Source: Phallusia mammillata
Lineage: Eukaryota
Reading direction: 5' to 3'
DNA length: 64,000 bases
Assembly (NCBI GenBank): GCA_965637545.1
Contig: OZ281495.1
Coordinates: 20,212,001-20,276,000 of the forward strand
Positions within the stretch are counted from its first letter, which is position 1; each line of letters begins with the position of its first letter. A model generated the notes under the pieces. It did not search any database. It saw only the letters and a program-made list of their open reading frames with translations, and was not told the origin of the DNA. Shown in pieces: positions 35,603 through 55,086 of the stretch. Both the position numbers and the translations under genes were made by a program.

Positions 35603-36413
35603 CTTGCTACCATTATTATTGTAAGATGAACGAGATGTTATTGACATTTATTTTACTGTGAGCGCTTAACATCACCAGACTTGTGACGTCCGTCCTGTTT
35701 GTAATGCATACTTGTCCCTTTGCTCCACGTGTTGTACGTAAATTGCGTTGTAACTGTTGAAATGGTCGCCAGTTGCAGGAAATAGAAATCGTATAAGCGA
35801 CGTGTGTGACATTCATTAACGAAATATGAAAGCAAGATAGATGACAGCGTGTCTATAAAGTTGTCAAACCTGTTTTCTGATGACTTTGCAAAGATTATAG
35901 GTAAGTTTTGGCGCGAGAAATGTTTTTTTTAGTTAGGATGTCAGTATGGTGGAACTCTTTGTTTTTAGTATCGGTCCTGTCGGGCTTCCAATGGCTGCTG
36001 GTATTTTCGAAACAAACTTCACAACGTGGCATCAAAATGCCAACCTGTGTCGTTCGAAAACAAGTTTGTTTCATAAGATGCCTTTAGTTTGGTTCTTCCC
36101 AGCAAGCTAGGGCTACCACACGTCCAGAATTATGGCGTAAACTTTGCGCCCAGAATTAATTTTCAAAAACAGTGGTAATGTCCGGAATTTTAGCATCTTG
36201 TTGCCTAACCTACAGCAGTTCTCACAATTCTCCTCAGGGACTCAAAGGTTTACGTTTTAACTGTGTCTGTGGTATTTTTGATGCTTAATATTATCTATAT
36301 TCATACAAAACAACTAATCAGCATGAATTAAAGGCTATTTGGTTTTTTGTGTCCTAAATCTAACAATACTCTGGTAAAAGAACCGGATTCTGTATAACAT
36401 TTGTTCAGAAACT

Positions 36414-37134
36414 TATTATGGGTCCCCTTCCCTGAAGGGGACACATATTGTTTTTGTCCGTATTTTTTTTTCTTTTTTCTGTCTAACGCTGGTTTGTAAC
36501 GCTCGTTTGGTCGAGAAAGCGTGCTTCAAATTTATTCAAATTTGGACAGATGTTAGTTATTAGTCCAAGTTTGGTCCCCGTGAAATTTGACCCCGAATGA
36601 CCCAGCGGTTCACCCACAGACCCCCAAAACGTAAAATTTTTAAACGCTCGTTTGGTCAAGAAAGCATGCTTCAAATTTATTCAAATTTGGACAGATGTTA
36701 GTTATTACTCCGAGTTTGGTCCCCGTGAAATTTGACTCCGAATGACCCAGCGGTTCACCCACAGACCCCCAAAACGTAAAAATTTTTTAAAGTTAAATGA
36801 AAAACAATTTGTTATGTATACGCTGGCAGCAAATCGCTTTTTAATTTAAAGTGTCTGTTACACAACTGTTACAGCTTTCTAGAAAAAAATTGTGTCTAAA
36901 ACCCGACCTTGGGCGACAATATCTGGGTCAAAGCAAGAGATTAAATTGAAAGTATTTGTTTCGTTCTTTTTTAATGTTTTTGTAATTATACGACAATAAT
37001 AGTGAAAAAAATACAAACAAATTTTTTTATTCTTGGATTAATGCTTTCTAAAAATTTGTTCTCAAGAATTTAAAAATCACCGCAACATTTGTTTACCGTA
37101 AATCCGCACAAACACGCGTGTGGGGACCCATTAG
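36414..37134. mobile_element. Helentron-associated (HINE / DINE-1 / pearl-like) non-autonomous element
   Basis: Subterminal inverted repeats ATGGGTCCCC (36418-36427) and GGGGACCCAT (37122-37131). A 9-bp hairpin GTCCCCTTC-cct-GAAGGGGAC lies at 36422-36442. There are two ~145-bp tandem cores and a palindrome ACACGCGTGT at 37112-37121. The flanks are TT-rich and there is no TSD. Confidence 0.7.
36498..36790. repeat. Tandem duplication, 2 x ~145 bp (core repeats of the HINE-like element)
   Basis: Units 36498-36642 and 36643-~36790 are near-identical, with a few substitutions. Confidence 0.95.
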
Positions 37135-39394
37135 TTTTTGTTTACAAAAACAATCATATGTGTAGATCAAATGATGTGTATAGTAAATTGGTAAATATCG
37201 TATAGAATATATAAAATGGAAGTATATCAGAAAGCCACCATTCTAGTTAAGAAACAAAACTGCGCGTTTTGTCTTTGCGATAGTAATGCATTTAAAAAAA
37301 TGGGTCCGTTTGGGTTGGTAACATGTAACAACATGCTAAATCACGCATTATAACGCATGAAAGATATTTCTTGAAACCTTTTTTTACTGACGCAGTTATT
37401 GTAACCCTACTCATTGACATCATAATTAGCTTGATCACTTTTATAGTTGTGACGTAACGTGGATGGCACCACCAAGTATAAGCAAATATGCGCGTAACCT
37501 GGTTATGTACGTGTTTATGCACTGACAAGCTACATCGTAACAGCGAACCACTTGGCTTCAACAAGTTTTCCATCCCACGTAAGAAAATATGTCCTAAAAA
37601 ATAGTCGCCTATGCTTATTCCATAATATGTACAAAATCCACGGCTTTCCATCTTTCTAAACTTCGTTTACAAAAAAAGCAATTTCAGGATGCTCTCGTAT
37701 ATTTTAGCTTCACACTCAGTAAGTTTCCTCACTATTGATAGGGCGGCGGCACAATGCTCCGGCGCCACAAACATCAAGTAAATATACCAAATCACTCGGC
37801 CATAACTTACAAAAAGCGCGCGAGCATTGACCAGTGGTTTAAACACAGCACTGGCGAAGTTAAACCCGATGCAAATTTAAACGTTCACCGCGAAATGAAA
37901 GCACGAAACAGCTGCGAAAAAGGGCATGCTATAAGATACTAAAAGAAATAGAAGATTTCGGCTCAAAGATGCCAAAGCGATGCAGCATGCGATAATAAGA
38001 AGATTCGTTTATAAGCGCTTTCGATAATAAAAAAAATAGTCTCCATTTACTTTCCATTCCACGACAAAAAAGTTTGGAAAAAACAAGATATGCAAAATCG
38101 AAACAAACTTCAGCAAAAGAAACTAAACAATTTTGACTTCATTACAGAGTCAAGGTGATTTTTGAAGGAAAACATTTTGCTGAGAGTTTTCGTAATAGAG
38201 GCGAATCTTCTAGTATAAGCACCGAAAAAAAATAAACACATGAAAACCTCGTTGGGTCAACTCGCTAAAAAGGGCGAGGTACGAATAATAATAATATAAG
38301 CGATAAGAATATGTATAAAGCGACGTTTGGTAATCTTCTTATGTGAGGAATAGAAAAGCACGCACCTTGCACGCGCAGTGTATGGATCAACACTGCATCT
38401 TGTAAAACATAGCTCATTTTCCGTGAAATAGAATACATGACAAGATAGCTTACTTCAATAAGTCATATATCTATGAGCAACTCAATAAAATGTGCGAAAT
38501 GTAGAATGTACTTGTTTAGTGATCTTTTGTTTGTCTTCTTAAGTTATGAGATTTTGTAAACTACAGTAACGGTTTTTGATGTTTAAAACTCAGTGGCGTA
38601 GAACAAAGCGTTGGTCGAAATAAGAGACACGGACTGACACAAATTGAAACGAATGTTAAGATCCGACAGTAACAGTGAAACAATAGATACAAATGGGAGA
38701 ATTTGGAACCAAAAGCATAACACGAAACTGTTCGCAAACAAATTTATGCAAAAAAGATGCAGATACTATCGGACGGAAATGATAAGTACGGGGGTTGGCA
38801 TCAGATTAGCCGACACTTAATTCTGTCAGGCATCAACTGAAACGAACGCGCATTTCATTATTTGATAGCGCTGTACGGTTGTTGGGTAAAGACTCAGTGA
38901 TGTATAGATGATGGATCCAGAGGTATTAGCCCCAAACAAGAACTTTCTGATGCCCTTTACACAGAAACAGGAAAACATTTCATTTTTGATAGAAGGTTTG
39001 GGGCGTGTTTACGCTGTTTTGTTAATCTCTGTTATTCGGAAAGCGCGCGGTCAGTTTAAAGAAACACGAACAAGTGTTACATGTTATATTTTACCGAGCA
39101 GAGCAGCTGCCTTTTGGACCAATCCCTAATGTAATGTCGCACAGCAGGTTCGTGCAAGACATGTTAACGTGGCGAAGGAAAAGTACAATGTGCGTTACGA
39201 TGAATAGATATATTTCTCATGTATAATATAAGCGAAATGTGTTAAGGTTCTTTGAGGGCGAGGAGCAACTGCAAAGTGCCACGAAGTCGAAAGAGACTAT
39301 AAATGGGCGAGTGGGTGCTCAGTGGCGCCATCGCCTGGACTGAGACGGTCAACATCTCGTCCTATGTTTGGAGAATGTCGGGAAGGACTGCGAC

Positions 39395-48637
<9,243 letters not shown>

Positions 48638-49628
48638 GCTTTGTGTAATGTTTGAATTGGGGCAGAGTTTTAGAAACTTTAGTGATTAAAGCACCAATAA
48701 CATAGGTCCTATGAATTGATTTAAATTAAACCCTTGTGCACAGAAATCATTGTGTTACTTCATATAAAACAGTACTTTATTTGAAGGACATGTGGGCATG
48801 TGTGTGAACATACAATAACAGACATTTTCTGAACGTTACAAATTATTATTTTTGGCTGTTTTCCGTTTCTTAAGTTGTCTAAACTGGTCACCTAACTTAT
48901 ATTGTTAATACCCTTTTTATTAAACTTTGTAAAGCAGTCAGATTTTGAGTAATACACAAAACAACACTCAAATTTATAACAGTGTCAATACATATCACAT
49001 ATTTTTGAAACTCTTGTTATGTAGGTAGCTGGTATCAATGACACTGTAGCTCTGTTTTACAATGCTAAAATTGGGGCACTAGTGAATTTGAGGAAAGCAA
49101 TATGTTAAAAGTAATTTAAAAGTTCAGAGTTTTTGCCAAAACCAAATAAAACTTCTGAGAAAACCAACCCACATATAAAAGACACATTTTGCATAGGGTT
49201 CAGTTCAAGTGCCAAGACATGGACAATATGATTCTGCACTGAAAGCCCAGTGTAATGTGCTAACTGCTAATAAACATGTTGCTTTCCAAATACAATTTTT
49301 ATTGTATCAAAGAGAAAGGTAAATGCGTAAAAACACACAATGCAAATATTCCCAAAAGTTAACGGCTTACATAATCGTGAACTAAACAATAACGTGTACA
49401 AACTGTCATTTTTTATCTACAAACTATCTCAAACGTAGCGTCATACATTTAACATGACTAAAACTAAACAAAATCTAGCCTTCTCATATAAACTTATTAA
49501 CAAACAATTTCCTTATTATAGCAGTTAGGGATTGTGTATATTCTTGTTTTTATTCATGTCTTAATATTCTATCTTAAGCCAGGGGCCCAAGCGACGACAG
49601 GCTTAACCACATCCGAATTGGCACTTAC

Positions 49629-49710
49629 TTCTGTGAACTAAATTAGCCCGGCGTATGATGTCTGTGACTCTGTGCTGACGCAAATGAAATTCGATGACGT
49701 CACCGAATAG
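49629..49710 (-). promoter_or_regulatory. Probable AKT non-coding 5' exon or promoter region with a CRE
   Basis: A minus-strand GTAAGT donor at 49623-49628 could join the acceptor at 48709. TGACGTCA lies at 49695-49702. CpG content recovers from about 49300. Confidence 0.45.
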
Positions 49711-51003
49711 CGTAAAACTTTTTTCTCGTAAAAGCAAGTTGAATTGTTTTACTTGTGCAAAGTTACATCAAGAAAACAAACGAACATTATTAAAGCAAAA
49801 AAATAAACTTTAAATTATTTTAAAGCGGAATTTAGATCAAACTTTCAATTTAGAATTTTAGGGAAAATCCCCTGTTTTCTTACTGCATTGATTACGTTAA
49901 AACGCTAGAGCAAAGGTCAAATAGAGCGTATACATCCGAATTCGCAATTTATTTTACCATTTTTCAATCTAAATAAATTATTTACTTAAAACATACTACA
50001 GTGCAAGTTTGCAAGTCATCAGTAAAATTGCAAACAGATAGATAGCGTTAAAGAGCCGAGTACGTACTTCAGAAATATCCCGATATGGGCTGACCTGATG
50101 AAGAAAAAGAAACCAATTGTTGCAGTTTTTATCACAAGTACTAATTGCAAGATCTTAGTGTCAAGATTCTGCTCACTTTTAAGGTCTCCAATAGGTTGTG
50201 GCACCCTCTCTATAAAACTTACGTAAACGTACAACGTAAACTTATTGGCCATGTACATATGTTAAGATATTTTGATTGGCAAATTGAAGAAACGCATAAT
50301 GCAAACATCATACGCTTTAGTGATCGTACGTTTTTACTTACGATAAAAGCCATTTTTATTTCAAGCAGTGTTTTGTCTGAACTGTCAAATCAAGTCAACC
50401 AGTCCGCAGCTTACAGAAGTCAACAAGTAACGCGCACAATTTCAAATAGGCCTATATTGACCAAAGAAGCAGATCCTGCCCATGCAACGAGTTCTCTTCT
50501 GTTGCAAGTTCTACTTCGGTTTACGTTAAACAAAAAAGCGCTGTTTGTGTATTTTTTACGCATCTGTTTTACAAAAAAGGAGGGGTAGGCTACATATTCC
50601 TACTTCGGACCAGTAGTTTACTAGTTTCTTACAGTAATTTTGATGACTCCCAAGGGGCTGATGCATTAGATTTTGGGAAAGAATTTGAAAAAAATCTACG
50701 ATACAAAACTTTTCATACTCAGTTACTAAACTCAGCAGAACTACATTTTATTTTTAGACATGTTTTACTTTGTGACACAAGCCAACTTTATTTAAAGAAA
50801 TGTACAGCATAGTTTGCTAAAAGAGCAAAAGGCAAATCTTATGTATAAGTCTGCACAATTGATGAACTACTTGCTATAGTAACCCTTTACTATAAAACAT
50901 CGGAAAAAAGTTAAGATTTCACAACAACCCAAATATATGACATAGTTTATCGTCTATTAACAAGCGGTAGTGTGGGCATCTACATAAGATTTTCCGAGAA
51001 AAT

Positions 51004-53362
51004 CTATATTTCTTCTTCAAACCGTTCATCAATATTTACAGTATTGTCAATGTAACTGCTTCTTGGACGCTTCGTTGGTCGCCAAGTGTGATCAGGCGGA
51101 ATTTGAGAACGGCGACTGAATGCTTGCCAGTAATCCGCGTGATTGTTCATCCAACTTTTCCTCGGTGTGCGGCGACGTCGAGAGATATCATCTCTTCTTT
51201 GTTGCCGACTTCTCGAAGTTTCCTTGTTCCTTCGAGAAGATACGGCGTCAAGGGATATTTTTTCATTGGTGATATTGGGCTTCGATTTTCTGCATGATGG
51301 ACATTTTAGATTTTGTTTTGCAGCCCTTTTGAAGGAAGGCGAAAGAGAAGCCATAAGGCAAAATGGCAGTGTTCCGGCAAACATGTACAGAAACATAAAT
51401 ATTACAGCAAAATCAGTCGTTGTAAATGAAACTACGTGAAGAATGTCATAAGATGGAACACCCGACGCATTATACCACTGAAGGGCAGAGTAAGGCATTT
51501 CTAAATTGAGAACGCCTGTTGGGTCTCCGAAAACATCAACAGCAATTAACGAGTAGACAGGCAACATAAGAAGATACACCACCGAGTAAGTACACAAGGT
51601 AGCTTTTGCTTCCGTAATTTCTCCGAAAAACGACACAGCGCTGTCGTACGGTACAGACAAAGGAGTGGTAGCGAGGTCCTCCACTTTAACAGCGGACGCC
51701 ATAGTATCACTTCGTTTGATTGACGGATACTTAAGCCAATCAGGTGGAAGAGGCATTCGGGTATCAAGGGATTTGTTAGCGCCAGCATTTTGATGCATCT
51801 GAATGCTATCGGTTATGATGGCGCTGAGGTCAGCTTCCTGGCAGTTGGACATAACTTGCTGGGTGTGTTCTTGCTTGTGAGAATACGACACGTTTTCCTT
51901 GCAAGAGACAGTGTTTACTCGACCCTGTGAAACTCTCAAGCTCGAATTCCTAGCCAGCCTGTCGACGGTCTTCACGTCCGAGGTAGGTTTGCTTTCCTGT
52001 CGGGATTGAAAGTAAACCAGTGCCTGGGCTTGTTCGTAGCTGTTTAGTCGCATTGCGTTGTTTTTCGTCTTCAGCAAAGCTATTGAAGTGGCAACAATGC
52101 AAATCACGAGGAAAACTGCAGGCACAAACAGCATCAGTATGTATATTATAGTCATTGTTCGAATCCGGTTGGCTGGGATTGTAAAAAAGCTGGACAAAGG
52201 GTGAAACTCGTCAACCCTATTTTGGAGATGATCTCCATAAAGTAGGAAACGTTCTTGGCCGTAGATAACACTAACGACCGCCAAAACAAAGCTTGCTGCC
52301 CACGATAAAAGCAAGTACAGCAACAGAGGCAAACGGGAGAGACAACTGATTGAATATCTCAGCTCCTTCACCGAATTTCTATTCATTTTCATCTTGGTTT
52401 TAAGCTCTATTATCGGATTTGAAACCTTGCACAAATACATATGGGGCTTAATCCGAATCAATGCCATCCACCTTTCGCAAACAGCGCCAATGCTTGAATA
52501 CAAACTCAATGCCACAATGAAGTGAAACACTGCGTTCGACACATGTTTGGCCGTTGAGAGACGGTAACTGCTTGCTGGGGTTTCGTTAAACGCCATCATC
52601 TCATAAGCTGTTATCATCAACGTTGGAAGAAGGAAGCAGGCCGCCACCAGACTTGCCATCGCGAACGAGCAGAGAAACATCGTCTGGGCCTAAAACAAAA
52701 TCAAAACTTGTTTTAAACATGTTTAGGGGTTAAAAATAAACATAAACAACGAAACGTGTACCAAAATATTCACGATTAGATTAAGCGTTTTTAAATACAG
52801 TAGTTAATGTTATCTCACCATCGTCTAAGTTGTCTTACTTTCGCAATCAACGAGTGTCAAAAATTATGAGCAGTTTCACGTCTAAGATTTTATTATGTTT
52901 GGTATTTGGATTTTCTAAAGTTGCTAATATTGTTGGACACAACAGCCTCTTCAATAAACCAAAAGAGCTAGAGTTTATAACGATCATAAGCGTCGTGACC
53001 ACAAAGAACTATTTTCGGCCTTGGTTTACCCAAATGGATTTCTTGTAAGTCATCATTCGCTGTGCAGATTCCTCGTCTTCTTTGGTCAACGACCTTTCTG
53101 CTCTTTTGTGAATGGCCACAAAAATTGTCAACATGTTGAAAACGGCGCAGCAAATTAACAAAACGCCAGCAAATGCAATTACTACATTCGCAGCAAGTTG
53201 ACACGAAGGGTCAAGCGTTTCCCAAACTGTTTTATACTCCGGAGCACCAGAGGTTTCGTACGTTGCTGCCGTGGTGACGGTGGAATTCGCGCCATCTTCA
53301 AGTGATTTGAGCCACTCGTCTTTGAACTGGGTACAAAACGGGATAAGATACGGTCCTTTCAT
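51004..53362 (-). CDS. Divergent class A (rhodopsin-like) orphan 7TM receptor, 2 exons, ~672 aa
   Basis: Exon 1 (53030-53362: ATG, N-x-S/T sequon, TM1 ending FNMLTIFV) splices in phase 0 to exon 2 (51004-52689). Seven hydrophobic segments are present, with ERW at the DRY position, W in TM4, P in TM5 and TM6, and a helix-8-like SPSFKRAAK. The exon 1 donor is less certain than exon 2. Confidence 0.78.
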
Positions 53363-55086
53363 CTTGCGACAGTTTTATTTATGTTTCCGCCTAATAGGTC
53401 AGCATATGATTCTACTCATTGAAACAACGTCTGAAATCAGTAGTGCAGAAGTATAAGTTTGAAAACGTAGTCCTGTAAACATTTGCTTTGATTTTTACTT
53501 TTTCAACGGCCACAATAAGTTTAACATCTTTGCATTATTATAGTGTATTTTGCCCTAAAAAAACTCGCTTTAACGTGCTTTTTTTATTTTACTTTCACTT
53601 TCTTCAGGTTGTGGTTGTTTTGGGTAAATCATAAGATATTTCCCTTTAGTGTATTGCACTGGTCTAGTCGACGACAGAAATCAAAAACTTTTCAAGCGGT
53701 TATCACAAACAAGTGTCACCAAGATGTTATAATGCAAAAAGTTTACCCTAGGCCTAGGATAACATAAAGTTACACTTTCGGCATTTAAACTCTAAACGCA
53801 GTTTTTATTCCTTTCATACCATCTCATTTTCAATTCTTGTTTCCTAAGCACTGTAAAACAATAACTCTTTGCTCACAATGACACGCGCAGAATGTATTCG
53901 AAGTCTCTTGTATAGTTTTTCGCAAAACTGGCGTGGTGTAATCCGAAACACGACATTTCTTATACTCACGCATTTTTATTAGCGGCTTGTGCAGGTCACG
54001 CGCGACTCGCAGAGCAATTATGCAAACACAGAAACGATTATTGCAGGAATCGGTTAACGTCCGGAAATGACACATTCTTGGCAAATGTTTTGTCGAGAGA
54101 ACAATCATCGCTTAACAACTCAATTTGAACTAAACATTAATAAATACATGCATTTTAAAACGCTTGTGTAAATTAGAAGAATCAATCTTAGTTTTGTCAT
54201 TTTTGGAGAATTTAAAATATACCACCCAAATATCAAACGAGGGCGATCTGATCTGCGAGTATCCAATACGTATGTCACGTAAACATTAAACTTTCATGTT
54301 AATAAGCTACCAACATTTTTACGCTTAAATGCTGATTTATTATTTAAATACATATAAACGTTTAACCTTTTCGAACTAATACAAACAATTAAGCCTGTCG
54401 GAGCTAAAAAAGTTTACATCGCTCGATACCCACATGAGCGTTTGTATTTAAGTCAATTTTTTTCATTGCTGAAACATTGGTCCCTTCGTATTTCAACATA
54501 CCATTAAAAAAATTTTAAGGTCCCAGTTTAGATTTAAATGCTAAATTCTGTACTTGAATCAGTAAAAACTACGTCTGCAAAAACACTAGTTGGTATTAAA
54601 CTTGTTCGGCCTTAAAGTTTCAAAAATCTTTTTGTACGTTATCCGGGGGGCGTTTTGAGTAATGGCAGCCTAAAACTAAACTTATTTGCTATTGTTATAT
54701 TTGCTGTTGGTTCGCAGCAACTCAATTTAGAACGGCAGTAAATAGAAAATTCAGCTGCTCGTTGGAAGACTAATATCATGCAACGCTTAGTTAACCCGCC
54801 ATTGGATTTAGGCCTGTTTGTTTTTTCCGATGTGATAGAAATAGTTGCTTTGGCTTCATTTGGATATGTTTGTAATAATAGTGGCGTCTAAGTCAATCGC
54901 TTTTGTTAAATATAAAACAATTAGTAGTATCCAGAATTTTTCTTAAATGTTTATGAAAACAAATGTGTTTCTAAAATGTATGAAACTGGTGCTTACTATT
55001 ACGACCTACGCTATTCCCGTCCTAGAGAAACTAATCTAAATCAAACCGTTTGGATTAGTTTTATTTATTCGCACTAGCACATCGTT

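Noticed and set aside
36498-36790. CRISPR-like or prokaryotic repeat array
   Set aside because: There are only two adjacent 145-bp units with no spacers, in a eukaryotic context. No CRISPR array, tRNA or rRNA gene was recognised anywhere in the window.
50145-50588. 147-aa plus-strand ORF between AKT and the GPCR
   Set aside because: It has a TTG start and no recognisable domain. The region is more simply AKT promoter/5' UTR or GPCR 3' UTR; a possible minus-strand non-coding exon at 50415-50563 is unproven.
52690-53029. Extra GPCR exon ending ...LIAKVRQLRRW before donors at about 52838 and 52818
   Set aside because: All three frames have stops upstream of these donors, and the second donor is out of phase with the 52689 acceptor.
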